A DNA stretch of 61,375 bases, counting the filler, from Globobulimina sp. (taxonomy: Eukaryota), in NCBI GenBank assembly GCA_003354225.1. It is 19 parts of 19 records of this genome, joined end to end, with 100 filler letters (N's around TTAATTAATTAA, not from the genome) between each part and the next. Parts side by side here need not be neighbours in the genome. Positions count along the whole stretch, not along the records: positions 45,310 to 48,443 come from PIVH01003628.1; positions 48,544 to 51,676 come from PIVH01003629.1; positions 51,777 to 54,909 come from PIVH01003630.1; positions 55,010 to 58,142 come from PIVH01003631.1; positions 58,243 to 61,375 come from PIVH01003632.1; 14 more parts are not named here. One strand, given 5' to 3'. Below, one piece after another: positions 47,273 to 59,359 of the stretch. Positions within the stretch are counted from its first letter, which is position 1, and every line of letters starts with the position of its first letter. The position numbers and the translations under genes are program-made. The notes under the pieces are model-generated. The model saw only the letters and a program-made list of their open reading frames with translations. It searched no databases and was not told where the DNA came from.

Positions 47273-48443
47273 TCATTGTTTAAATTTATTTCGATTCTCC
47301 GCAGCTTTTGCTCCAGTCTGAACCACATGTTTTGCTAAATTCGCATAATTCGGTGTCCCATATCCCGTCACCGCGTCCCAGCCTTTCACCGCAGGATAAG
47401 CCACCCCACCACACCCGGAATTGCGTCCACTCGTAATATCATTCAACACCGTCGCATCTTTCCCCGCCGTCGCATACAAAAACGGATTCAAAAAGCCCAA
47501 CGGAGGCTGTCCCGCATTCAGCCGTAAGTCATTCAACAACGCCATAATGCCCGACGCAGTCGGTGCGGAGCACGATGTCCCAGACACGCCTCTATTCGCT
47601 CCATTCACCACCACGGTAAAATCCACACTTTGTGCGGAAATATCCGGATAAGCGCGGCCGGTCCGGTTCCACTTATCCTGAGCAGGTAAACTATTGCCAG
47701 CAGTCGTAAAAAACGTATTCACTGCACTCGTTTGCCACGATTGTTGCGGCCAATAATCGCTAAACCCGCCACCGGAGCTCGTCCATGCCGTCTCCGGCTT
47801 ATCTCTGGTGCCGCCAACCGCAGTCACATAGGGAGAGCCCGCTGGATAATCCGGACACTCTCTGCCTTTCGACGCTGTACAATTACCACCGGCACCGCTG
47901 TCGCCTGAAGCAAATAAAAAGGACATTCCCGCTGTGCCGCATTTGGCAAATTCCGTATTCACTCGATCGCCATAGTCATAACCCACGGATTTCTCGTCTT
48001 CGCCATACGAAATACTGTATAAAAGCGCAGGGTTTGCTGCAGCCTCAACATTGGTCAACCACGTTAAAAAAGGCTCGTTTTGGCGATTGTTGGGTGCGCG
48101 ACCGGCAGTGTACCAGGTTTGAGTGGGGATTGCTTGCCCCATGGCAGTGATATATTGTATATCTAATTCGGCTTCGATACCATGGCCACTTGGCTGGTTG
48201 CTGGGTACTTTGGTGACCGTGGTAGGTGCCACATTTTGACGCGACCAGAACGTGGTAAGGTCGGTGTTGTCCCAATATTGCTCCAAGAAGGAGGCAATGG
48301 CCTGGATGTTGGTCTTGTTTGTCCCGATTGTGCTGCCGACAGAGTATAAACTACGGAGGAAAGCAGGGTTTACGGCAGCGTCTGGAGACTGCGGACTGGT
48401 GAAGTTGACAGTGAATGGAGCTGGAAAACGTTTGGTTGGACTA
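47273..48443 (-). CDS. Sedolisin/tripeptidyl-peptidase I family (S53) peptidase, 5' partial
   Basis: EAELD, SISYG, ASGDSG, VTAVGGT, GTSCSAP, GWDAVTGYGTP; frame open from the contig edge. Confidence 0.95.
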
Positions 48444-48543
48444 NNNNNNNNNNNNNNNNNNNNNNNNNNNNNNNNNNNNNNNNNNNNTTAATTAATTAAN
48501 NNNNNNNNNNNNNNNNNNNNNNNNNNNNNNNNNNNNNNNNNNN

Positions 48544-50915
48544 TACCAATGCCAATAACAGTTGTATATATTCTTAAATTCTCATTGTTTGCATATTTCT
48601 CTGCCACATATTGTTTGTCAGTGTCACTAAGTCCAACGGTTATAAATATAATCCTATTCTCATACTCTTCGTTATATGAAATATTTGCTGACTCAAATAA
48701 TTCAATACCAGCCTTATATGCCTGTACAGAGGTTGTGGACGAATCCATTCCATCTCTTAAAAATGTTATTTCTTTTCGCAATTTATCCAAATCAATTCCC
48801 TTACATTTTTTTAACGTTTGTAATATTTTTACTTTTCCACTCACACCAATAATACCAACGCGATCTTCGACTCTTAACTGTTTATTAATCATTGATGTGA
48901 CAATATGGGCAAGCTCACGATTCGCGTTTTTTTTTTCTTCAATTTCATGTTTAAAACTTGACGAAATTGCGCCACAAACATCCAATACAAGCACCAGATT
49001 CAAGTGTTTTCGTTTAAAATCTGACGCAGTAAAATTGGATTTTAACTTTGCAGTGATATAATATTCATATTCTTCTTCTTCTTTTTTATCTTCAAACGAT
49101 TGTTTTAATACTTTCGCACAGCAATATGAAGGATAAAAATCGTCATCGTCATCATCCAGAACTTCTTCCTCCTCTTCTTGACCATAATCATTCTCATCTT
49201 CATCAAAATAATAATCTCGCAATATATTTGCATACGAAACATGCTGAATATTTGGCATAATATTTTCCTCAACAATGCATTTTCTCCAATCACTAACATC
49301 AATGTCCATAGCATTAGCATCACCACTTTTCGTTGGCATGTTTGAATCAACCACTTGAATCCCTAAACCCCCATCAAATTCCTGCAGCCGATTATATCCA
49401 TCATTCCAATCATAATCGCCGGCATCATATGTTTCTAACATTCGTTCTGGTTTATCTCCACCAAAATAAATACCACGCACTGTATCTTTAAATGGATCCC
49501 GATCTTCACTTAAATCTTCAAAGAATACATTAAAATTATCCGTGTCTTTAAATTCATAATTTGGAAAGGGAAACATTACAATAATCCAACCAGTCACACC
49601 TCCGCAGAATAAGGACATTAGCAACGTTGTACACATTGCTATCAAAGTATACAATGACTGTTTGTACAAATTATCCCAAGCAAAAGCATCATCTGCATAT
49701 ATATTGTTGCCTTCTGATGCAGCAAAGGCAATTACTGCTGCAAAACCACCCAAAATAGCTTATATTATTATGAAATATTACACAAAAGAAACAGGAACAA
49801 AGATAATGTACTAATGTGTTTATACCTGGCATGCCATGTACGTTATGAATGCCTTTCGTATCCGCAATTTTTAAATGTTTTTCAATTTTATCAGATACAA
49901 AAACATAACCGACAACAGATATTATTCCAGATAGGATACCAATGGACATTGCTCCAACTGGATGTAAATATAAATCGACACAATTGCCAATGGCTACACC
50001 TCCGCTTAATGCGGATTGTTGAATATGGACAATATCAAATTTATCCTCATTTTTTGCTGTTAATAACCTGGACATTATAAATGAAGATATTGTTGAACCA
50101 CATAATGCAAACAATGTATTTATGATAGCTCTGTCACGGAAATAATATGCATTTGAAGCTAAATATGCATTAAAACTCGGCCAATATAACCATAGAAACA
50201 TGGTGCCGATTAAAGTGAATATATGCGAGGGATATATTGATTTTTTATCCTTATCTTTGATGGCTGGTTCAATGATATATGCTACTGCTAAAGCAAAGTA
50301 TGTAGCAAATAAATGAATATTTATAGTGAATCCGGTATCATGTAAGCCCCAGATTTCATCGTTTATGTAAGTGTTAACTGTCCAAAATATAATTTCCAAC
50401 AAGCACATACATGCTAATTGTGATGGATTCAAACGACCGTGGACCACACCAAAAGAAATTAATACGACAATTGCACCAAATAAACCTTCAGCTAATTGGT
50501 AACCGGATATTCGACCGTTGTCATCACCGCGATATACAAAAAAATATGTTATTATTTCGGATGAATATAATGTTAATGGAATAGATAATGCAGTGATTAA
50601 TACTGTCATTGATAATGACGTAAATCCATATTTGTAGAGGTATGACATTGAAAAACCAAATCCAATCAAACAAAAAGTTGAAATATCAATCAATAAATCG
50701 TACCATAAAAATGGATAACTATCAAATAAGAATTGGGCTTTGGATGAACTGTCTGGATACCAACTCCCAACTCCTATTAATATTAGTATTATAAATAAAA
50801 AAAATGTTGTGAATTTCTCAAATACATAATTTGGTTTCCCTTCAATCCGTTGATCATTCCTTGCCTTTATCTGTGATGAATGGTAGGTTTCTGTTTTGGC
50901 TGTCATTCTTTCCAC
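48544..50915 (-). CDS. Rh-type ammonium transporter fused to a vWA domain, 3' partial
   Basis: IGFGFSMSYL, VLISFG, IHLFATYF, GTMFLWLYWPSFN, LSGGVAIG, DTKGIHNVHGMP; intron 49825-49759 joins in frame to AILGG..; then KHLNLVLVLDVCG, EDRVGII, ENRIIFIT, IYTTVIGIG. Confidence 0.88.
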
Positions 50916-50955
50916 TTGAGTGTGGACAAAAAGATTTATTAAAAGAACATTCTTG

Positions 50956-50994
50956 TATTGGGGAACGGTCGAAGCAAACCGTTTCTGGTGGCTG
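50956..50994 (-). repeat. Dispersed repeat, partial copy C
   Basis: TATTGGGG..AAGCAAACCGTTTCTGGTGGCTG is the reverse complement of the core of copies A and B. Confidence 0.75.
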
Positions 50995-51069
50995 TATCAG
51001 TCACTATAGCTGTCTGTGTACAAATAATTTGAAAATAAACTATCACTCCATGGATATAAAACTATCACT

Positions 51070-51676
51070 TCATTTCAATCGACAAAACTTACCACAATCA
51101 ATGTGAGCATGTTTTTTATCAATAATTGGAACAACTACAATCGATACTAAATCTTTAATCAATTGTGTAAATATATTCTTATCGACATTCCTCATTGTTC
51201 CATTTCCAATCGCTGGGAATGCATTTATTTCCAACAAAACAACTGTTCCATTTTTATGAATCATAAAATCAAATCCAAACAAATGATAATATTTCCCAAC
51301 AATACTATCTTTTTTACATTTTTCTTTAAAACCAATTATCTCTTTCTCAATGCATAAAAATACTTTGTTTGTAATGTCATACATTTGTTTCAAAACGTTT
51401 TCACATTCAATGTCTCCTAATTGCAATGTACTGCATTTATCATTCAATAAAAAAGGTTTGGGCAATTTTTTTCCGATTTGTTGAATATGAATCGATTTAT
51501 CTGAAATGTTTTTGGGATCATAACGTTTTGCATTGGGTAAAATTAAACATTGTTTATGGAAAAATACTTGAAATGGACAGGTATCGATATCATTCACTGG
51601 GTTTAATATGATTACTACATGCGATCTAATTGCAAATTTTCTGTGATCCATAATTAACAATGGATTTACTTCTTTT
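51070..51676 (-). CDS. Tubulin-tyrosine ligase-like (TTL family) protein, C-terminal part
   Basis: NPLL..RKFAIRSHV, YHLFGFDFMI, VVLLEINAFP. Confidence 0.88.
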
Positions 51677-51776
51677 NNNNNNNNNNNNNNNNNNNNNNNN
51701 NNNNNNNNNNNNNNNNNNNNTTAATTAATTAANNNNNNNNNNNNNNNNNNNNNNNNNNNNNNNNNNNNNNNNNNNN

Positions 51777-52429
51777 ATTGTTTATCACCAACTAACTGAG
51801 TGTCGATTCCTTCACCAAAACAACCTCAATCTCTTTATTAAATATTCAATTGATCGATATATTCCATTTTACCTTAATTCATTAATTTATTATTCTTAAC
51901 TGTGGGATTTAATGGATTTGATTTAGTGGATTTTTTCTTGAATTAGAAATGTGGGATTTAGTGAATTTTTTTTTGTGTAATTATTGCGGAGTTTATATAA
52001 TTATTCCTATTTATACTTCTGTTCTGTGCATAATCTGTTTTGCCGATAATTTAATATTACAGCTGCTATTAAAGTGAATGGTCAAAACCTTTCTTTTTGA
52101 ATTAAGTTCAAAACCTTTTTCCATCAACGGGTCATTCCTCAAATCAATCATTTTATATGAAATCCACTATTCCTCAAAGCATGACTGATCATATTGTTAC
52201 CTAAAAAATATTGGAATGATACCACAGAATTAAAAACATCAATGGATTCAATGGAAGAATATATTTTTCGTACATGTTTGAATAAAATGGAAGCGGGCGC
52301 AGACCAATAACATTTCTAATTGTTTATCACCAACTAACTGAGTGTCGATTCCTTCACCAAAACAACACCAATCTCTTTAATATTCAATTGATATATTCCA
52401 TTTTACCTTAATTCATTAATTTATTATTC
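51777..52429. repeat. Direct repeat of about 115 bp
   Basis: 51777-51895 and 52319-52429 are near-identical with small indels; the overlapping 41-mer at about 51886-51926 recurs at 54869-54909. Confidence 0.9.
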
Positions 52430-52457
52430 AGACACAAATTAGATTAACGTATATACC

Positions 52458-52810
52458 TCAATAATGTAAATGTCTGATATTCCATCCCTCGCAATGGAAG
52501 TTGCGGAGTCTCTGTCGATTCGACATTAAACTCTGTCGATTCGATATCATATCCGGATCCATCTCGTTTATGCAGTCCATTGCCATCAGTTCTTGGCTTC
52601 TTGCCGTATTCAATGTAAATGTCGATGCATAGGTTGAATATTCTAACAATGTCTTGTTTTGTGAAAATATAAACGATGCTAAATCGCCATGCGAGCATAT
52701 CTCATAAACCAGGCATATTTCAGGTGGCCGAATACAACAACCTACAAACTTTACGACATTTGGATGGTCGATCTCGGCGGAAAGTAGTGTCTCACGGTAT
52801 GCCTGATGAG
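52458..52810 (-). pseudogene. Protein kinase (TKL-like) fragment, subdomains III-V
   Basis: RETLLSAEIDHPNVVKFVGCCIRPPEICLVYEICSHGDL; no catalytic loop or Gly-rich loop seen in the contig. Confidence 0.65.
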
Positions 52811-53270
52811 GCGAGAGCAATGATGAAAAGATTTTCACGAAGTAAGCCAATATGATATATTTTGCCAATACCACTCTGCAACAACTGATTGAACGATATA
52901 TTCCAAAAGATAACGCAATTTCTCCCCCTAATAATTATTTAATAATTTCAGGACAGGAAGGAATTTGCAGTGTAAATTGTAATTGTAAATATTAAATAAA
53001 AGTGTTTGCTGCAAATATCGATGCCCTTTTGTGATTGTTTTATTATTATTAATATTTTTTGTTTTTTTTATTACATTTCGCATTGATTTGTTAAATTTTT
53101 CAAACATTGTGCACATTTTGATAACTTTCCAACATTAGGTATGAACCCCCCCGTGGTTAGATAACCCGCCCCCTTTGTATACATATCGATCAGAGGGATG
53201 GTTATCTATTAAAACTCATCGTTGAGGTATCTACATTTTAACAAAACTTTTTAATCTAAGCAACCTCACC

Positions 53271-54203
53271 ATGACAACTAGCAAAGAAGAGGCGAGAAGA
53301 TTGAAATTCCTACAAATGGCAAAAAAGTTCAACTGGAACCTATCAAAGCTTCCAAAACAGCAAACCCGTGGAAAGCATATACATTCACAACCCTACCATC
53401 TGCAACAAAACAATTCGTTTAATCCACATTCAATGACTACCAATACCAACAAAAATATGCTATCTGCCCCGTTATACAATAACAATAACGCAACTGCACA
53501 AAATGCAAACAGTTCAATGATTGATTCAGAAGCTACGGAATCAGAGGATGACAACTTTCCATTTCAACAACAAATACCATCGGATAATAATAATCAAACA
53601 AAGCCATTATTTTCATTCAATTTTTCAACACCAATTAAGAATTTCGATAAGATGCAAAGAAAAAAACATGATTCCTTTATTGAACAACATATGAAATCTG
53701 CGTCAAAAACAATAATATCAGAACCACCAAAAACAAATACCCGAAACACGCAAAATATAGATCCAAGTCCAAACCTATCAAATGCATCAAATATATCTAT
53801 AAGCAATGATAATGACTCATTCTCTGCGAATCAAAGCAATGAATATGAAAATGAACAGAATTCGACGCGTTCTTCCTTGCGATTGACAGCACAAAATTTA
53901 TCAAAACATAACCAATCATTAAACGCACAGAATCTCAACAAATCCAATTCCAAATCATTGACACCATTTTCATCCGTTTTATCCAAACATAATTTTACTT
54001 TGTTACAAATCTCAGAAATCTCTGATAATCACAGTAAACAACAAAAACCTAAAAAGCAGGAATTACCCTTTGTAGATTTAACAAGTTCAGAAAACCGAAA
54101 TAAAAACAGTGATAATTCCTATTTATGCAAGAAACCAAATGTTAACTATTCACGAACCAGTAAGAAAAACGCACAGTCGCTGTTTAGCAACTTTCTGCAA
54201 TGA
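53271..54203 (+). CDS. Hypothetical N/S/Q-rich disordered protein
   Basis: 310-codon ATG-initiated ORF. Confidence 0.6.
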   Translation: MTTSKEEARRLKFLQMAKKFNWNLSKLPKQQTRGKHIHSQPYHLQQNNSFNPHSMTTNTNKNMLSAPLYNNNNATAQNANSSMIDSEATESEDDNFPFQQQIPSDNNNQTKPLFSFNFSTPIKNFDKMQRKKHDSFIEQHMKSASKTIISEPPKTNTRNTQNIDPSPNLSNASNISISNDNDSFSANQSNEYENEQNSTRSSLRLTAQNLSKHNQSLNAQNLNKSNSKSLTPFSSVLSKHNFTLLQISEISDNHSKQQKPKKQELPFVDLTSSENRNKNSDNSYLCKKPNVNYSRTSKKNAQSLFSNFLQ

Positions 54204-54621
54204 AACTGAAAGATTTGTTTTTGAATATTATTAATTAAATAACAAACAAACTAAAAAGCAATTCTTTATTCAATTCAATTTTAATTAAATTAAAAAAGGA
54301 GTTTAAGAATGTCGGCAATGGCAAAGAAAGCAACATTTATTGTAATGATTTGCAAAGCAATCGGTGCCATCAAGCAATTGTTAATAATTTTGGAAAGACC
54401 GCCGGTGCTCACTTCTACGAAGAGCATTGAAAAAAGGCATTGAAAGTGGTGTTCTGATTGGTGAAGAAAGGAGGTTGTTTTGCAAGGCCTAACTGGTGAG
54501 ATGTTACAAATGTTTTGGTTGTTGGTAAACTTAAAAAAATGGCGCAAGATGCTTTACAATGTTATAATAATTAATGTATTTACTACTATTTAAACACGCA
54601 AATTAAAATCTTTGTTCATCC

Positions 54622-54855
54622 TTAACCCTGATAACCCAGATGGTCTGATAATGACTGTGCCCACATGTGAAATAATGCCCGTGCGAATCCGCCATCAATA
54701 TCCGCGAATCCGTTTAAATAGTTAATCATGGCGAATCTTCCATTGTTACCCCCGGCTAATCTTCGTGCTTTATTCGTCCTTGACTGGACAGACTGGTCCA
54801 AGCTCATTGCAACACCAATAAACAACAAAATAATTAATGTTATGCTTTTTTTCAT
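54622..54855 (-). CDS. Small secreted peptide precursor
   Basis: Signal peptide MKKSITLIILLFIGVAMS, a KARRL basic site, and a C-terminal part of about 45 aa. Confidence 0.5.
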   Translation of the reverse strand: MKKSITLIILLFIGVAMSLDQSVQSRTNKARRLAGGNNGRFAMINYLNGFADIDGGFARALFHMWAQSLSDHLGYQG

Positions 54856-55009
54856 TGCTAATTATTTGTTTATTATTCTTAACTGTGGGATTTAATGGAT
54901 TTGATTTAGNNNNNNNNNNNNNNNNNNNNNNNNNNNNNNNNNNNNNNNNNNNNTTAATTAATTAANNNNNNNNNNNNNNNNNNNNNNNNNNNNNNNNNNN
55001 NNNNNNNNN

Positions 55010-55099
55010 AAACCTATTATTTTTACCTGTATCAGTCACCACAAACGGTTTGCTTATACCTTACCCCAATAAAAATCTGCTGAAGACCGGATGCTCTTA
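55010..55099 (+). repeat. Dispersed repeat, copy B
   Basis: Matches 35632-35726. Confidence 0.9.
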
Positions 55100-55485
55100 T
55101 GCAAACAGTTATTTTTCCTTCTTCTTTGTCGTCACTGCTATTACATCGTGTTGTGTTTGTTTTAAATATTGTAAAATCGAGTTCCATCACTTCCATGGCT
55201 TTGAGTGAAGTAGTAATTTTCGAAAAAAAACTAAACAACGTTGAATTATTTGAATTTAAATCAATAATGAAACACAAAAAACATGTTAAAAAAACAAACA
55301 CAACTAAACAATTAATACAATCATTATCACTCACAATGTACCACAACAAAAAAACAAATACATTGCACTTGGCATAATAATACAACACAACAAAACCACC
55401 ACCACACAGTACACCATCTATTCACGTTGTCATTTTCCGAACAGTTTTAGTTCTCCTTTTTGGTTTATATTTTCTCGACTTATTC

Positions 55486-57050
55486 TTAAACGTTGTTTTG
55501 ACATATATATTTCAATTCAAATTTCTCATTTTTATTTTTCATTTTCTTTTTTTTCTGTTGCATACTGAAAGGTAAAGGCAAGCCCGGTTCAAATGGAGGT
55601 TTAGGCTCTGGAGTCACTTCAGTCACACTCTCACAAAGCAACAGCTTCATAGAAGTACAATATTTCGGCGACTGCATATCGTCCATATCATCATCCATTA
55701 TCTGGGCAATATCATCCGTATCATGTTCCAATCGCATCGCAGTTTCATTCGTTTCTACATTCCAAAAACACTCCGAATCCATCTTTTTTGTTTTTATATC
55801 CCATTCCTCGCATTCTCCTAAATTACAAACAAAAACCATCCACAAAACCAAACCATATTAAAAAAAAACACACAAAACTAACCTGAATGTGTTTCCTTAC
55901 TCTCTTCATCGCTGCTTTCATCGTCTCGCATTTTCCTTTTCTTTCTATCATGAATTATAAGAACACCTTCTTTACCATTTCCATGTCCGTTGCCAGCTGT
56001 TTTCAATGCAGAATGTTGCGCAATTTCCTGCATTACACATTGATTGAAGTCATACTTAATATCGTGTGTAATCTGTAAATGTTCAGGGAACACCACATCA
56101 ATGTCGATATCTGTACCGTTTAGCACTTCCATTACCGCTTTTATTTCATTTTTAATATATTGCCAGTCATTTATAACGACTTTGCCAGCCGATACCATCA
56201 AACTAATTCGTGTGGCGCCATCAATGATTGCTTGCGCAGTCTCAGCAACTTTAGAAACTGTCGATGTTTGTCCCAATGGATAAGAGATAGCGGCACAGAT
56301 TTTTGTGTGGGATTTTATCTCATTTTCATCTGAATACAACTTGAAATTGTCCATTCTGTGCTGTCCTCTTCGTTTGGATTTTTTGTATATTTTGAGCTTT
56401 ACTTTGTATGTTTTGACTGTGTATTTGTGTAATAATTGAAAACAATGACGGACCCACATTGAATGCACTGTAATGTACTCACAATTTGCATTTATAGCAG
56501 TTCTGCATAGCATTTCGGCGTCGTTATCATTCCATATTTTATTGCTTAGTGCGTGCTGTAAATACAAATCTAAATGTTGTCGTCGATTGTGTTCGGATAA
56601 TTTGCTATATTCGGGTTCTGTGTCTCTGCGTTTTTTCTTGTTTTTGGGTGATATGTTACGGTTTGCGGCTTTTGTGCGTTTTCGATGTAGCGGAGAACGC
56701 AGCTTTTTGTAATTTGGGACTGGTTTATGTGTTAATGAACCATGTTTTAAATTGAATCCATTTTCTAATTCAGTTATAAGTTGTAATGTATCTGCGTTTG
56801 TTAGTAATTTGGATAAAACTTTGTTATTATGTTGGTTATTAATGATGTTTTTGTAGACAGATATTTCAACGTTTAAGTTCATTTTTCGTCGCAGACAATC
56901 TAATGCTGCTTCAATTGACTTCCATTGTATATTAGTTTTATTTTTTATTGATTTATATGTTGATTTAGCAATATCATGTTTGATGGTTGGGATAGCTTTG
57001 GCTGTTAAGTTAATGAACTCTTTTGAGGACCGCTTAAAAAGAGATGACAT
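55486..57050 (-). CDS. Degenerate deoxyribose-phosphate aldolase (DeoC)-like protein with long extensions
   Basis: AEMLCRTA..ITVHSMWV, AAISYPLG..SKVAETAQAIIDGATRISLMV..IKNEIKAV; intron 55882-55818 links to the last exon. Confidence 0.72.
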
Positions 57051-57140
57051 AATTTAAATTCGCAAAACAGTGACTGGACTTTTTTTTGCCTTGCATTTAT
57101 GCATTGATATTATCAAAAAGATGCTCACAAAAAGCTACAG

Positions 57141-57790
57141 TTACGTATTTTTAGGCTGCTTTTGTTGAATAGCCTTCAATATTATTTTCCTGTGTGCTAT
57201 TTTTACATTCATTTCTTTTAAATCTTCATTGGTTAAATCCGTCAATGATGAAATATCTTTAAATCCGGCATCAATTATAGCCTCAAAATACTGCGGCAAA
57301 TTTAACTCCGATTCGACAAAAAAGCGTAATCGATCCAAATTTGATAAATTAATATTCCCATTTTCCTTTTGTTCCCGCTCAAACATTTTCGTTATTCGAT
57401 CATTGATCGCTTTTATTTGCGTGCGATTTAACGATTTCATATCTTGCATTTTTTGACTAAAATCAGAGGAAAATAACTTAATTTTAGCCTCATATAATCT
57501 TAATTGATAATTTATTTCTTGTTTATATCTTTTCATTTCATCTTTTAACACTTGAATTTCTTTCGAATTATCCTTTTCCTCTATTTTCCTGCCATACCTT
57601 TCTTGTATTTCTTTATTATTTTTATCGTATTCCTTACATATCAATACATCCATTTTTATCTCCATTTCTTCACTTTCATTATTTTTAAATGCTTCAAAAG
57701 TGCTTATATTCATCCAATCGCTTCCTTCGCCGATGGTATATTTGTCTCGTTTCTGCTGAAAAAAATTCATTTCTTTAATGCACACATTCC
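57141..57790 (-). CDS. Coiled-coil + C-terminal SAM domain protein, 5' part missing
   Basis: LNLPQYFEAIIDAGF..LTDLTNEDLKEMNVKIAHRKIILKAI. Confidence 0.8.
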
Positions 57791-58142
57791 ATTCAATATG
57801 AATGGAAAATCCTTACTTGGTCTTTCTTTTTGAGCAGTAAATTCTACCGGATTCAAGATAGCTAGACCATCTTCCGTATTAAATTTATCGATAAATAATG
57901 TTCCTTTACCTTCCTCCTCTTCACTATAACAAGGCCATTGCACTCCTTCTCTTTCAATACGAGAATAACTTATACCTGAAAAAATAGGTGTCGCTTCTCT
58001 AACTTCTTCCCAAACCTCTTCGGCTGACTTATAAGCTTTCATTGGTTTTCCCATACGCTTAGCGATTTCCAAAATAATACGCCAATCTTCACGAGCTTCT
58101 CCTGGTGCATCCACAGCTTTTCGAACTCTCAAAACTCTACGA
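57791..58142 (-). CDS. Bacterial-type formate dehydrogenase alpha (molybdopterin oxidoreductase) fragment
   Basis: RVRKAVDAPGEAREDWRII, EEVWEEV, GISYSRI..GVQWPC, F.T.DG.A, E.P..DFPFILN; breaks off before the expected TGR. Confidence 0.85.
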
Positions 58143-58249
58143 NNNNNNNNNNNNNNNNNNNNNNNNNNNNNNNNNNNNNNNNNNNNTTAATTAATTAANN
58201 NNNNNNNNNNNNNNNNNNNNNNNNNNNNNNNNNNNNNNNNNNAACGGAT

Positions 58250-59158
58250 TTGGCCTCCCAATTTGCGCGAATCATTTCAATTTTTTGTATTGATGAAATT
58301 ATAATATTTTCAGAGAATGGAACCATTTTAAAAGAAGAACCTTTTAAACCAGATCCAAATTTATTTCTTTTTCGCTTATTATCCTATTTAGAAACACCTC
58401 AATATCTCCGCAGATTATTATTCCCGCTCCATAATGATTTCCGCTATGCGGGCCTTTGCAAACCATTGCGAACACCGAGCCATTTGAGCAAAAATGAAAA
58501 GTCAAAATATAGGGAAGGCATTGTATTAAAACGGTGTGTTGCAAACCCCAACAAATCCGAATTGAAAACAAATAATCACAAGAAAAAACTACCAAAAATA
58601 ATCCAAAAAATGAAAGCAAACGAAGGAGGGCAAGATGTTGTGTCCATTGCCTGGATTGGATTAAATAAACATTGTGTAATTGATAAGAAATTGGCTGAAA
58701 ATGAGCGAGTGACCGTTGAAATAATGGGCGAGGATTCAGAATATTATTTTGGTGCTGCAGTGAAGCCAACATATCCGGTGCAAAATGATGGAATTTATTG
58801 GGGATATAAAATAAGAGTGGCACAAGATTTTAGTAAAGTTATTTCAAATTCATTCTATAAAAATGGATATGATTTTATTATTGGGACATCAGATAAAGGC
58901 AAAAATATTTATGATGAGGAGCAGACATTTAAAATGAACAAATTTAAACATTTATTAATTGTGTTTGGTGGACCAAATGGTTTAGAATCGTGTGTGTTAA
59001 ATAAAGAAAAGGAAATGAAATTGGATAAACCGCAATTATTATTTGATGAATATATTAATGTTTGTCCGTTTCAAGGAACTAAAACCATACGAACCGAAGA
59101 AGCTCTTTTAATGACTTTGTCCGTCTTACAACCGCATTTGCAAAATAATTATGAATGA
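58250..59158 (+). CDS. SPOUT1: SPOUT-family methyltransferase (C9orf114-like), 5' partial
   Basis: ARIISIFCIDEIIIF, YLETPQYLR, YREG, YWGY, IGTSDKG, LIVFGG, QGTKTIRTEEA. Confidence 0.93.
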   Translation: MASQFARIISIFCIDEIIIFSENGTILKEEPFKPDPNLFLFRLLSYLETPQYLRRLLFPLHNDFRYAGLCKPLRTPSHLSKNEKSKYREGIVLKRCVANPNKSELKTNNHKKKLPKIIQKMKANEGGQDVVSIAWIGLNKHCVIDKKLAENERVTVEIMGEDSEYYFGAAVKPTYPVQNDGIYWGYKIRVAQDFSKVISNSFYKNGYDFIIGTSDKGKNIYDEEQTFKMNKFKHLLIVFGGPNGLESCVLNKEKEMKLDKPQLLFDEYINVCPFQGTKTIRTEEALLMTLSVLQPHLQNNYE

Positions 59159-59359
59159 ATGAAAGAAAATTGTATGATACTTGCATTTAAAGTCAGTAGT
59201 TTATGATTTATTGATTAACTCCACGCACAACGAGTTTCTCGCTAGGATTTAAACTTTTGCGTGAAATGAATTCCATTTCCACGCAACTGCTGTGCCGTTA
59301 TATAATATAATACATAATAAATTATTAATATTACTTTACATAATAAAAATTACAAAAAA

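Noticed and set aside
55032..55388. Short ORFs on both strands overlapping repeat copy B
   Set aside because: Low-complexity UTR-like sequence with no coding signal.
3139..58242. Regularly spaced TTAATTAATTAA motif every ~3.2 kb, resembling an array
   Set aside because: Always flanked by N44 on both sides and carrying stops in six frames; an artificial concatenation linker.
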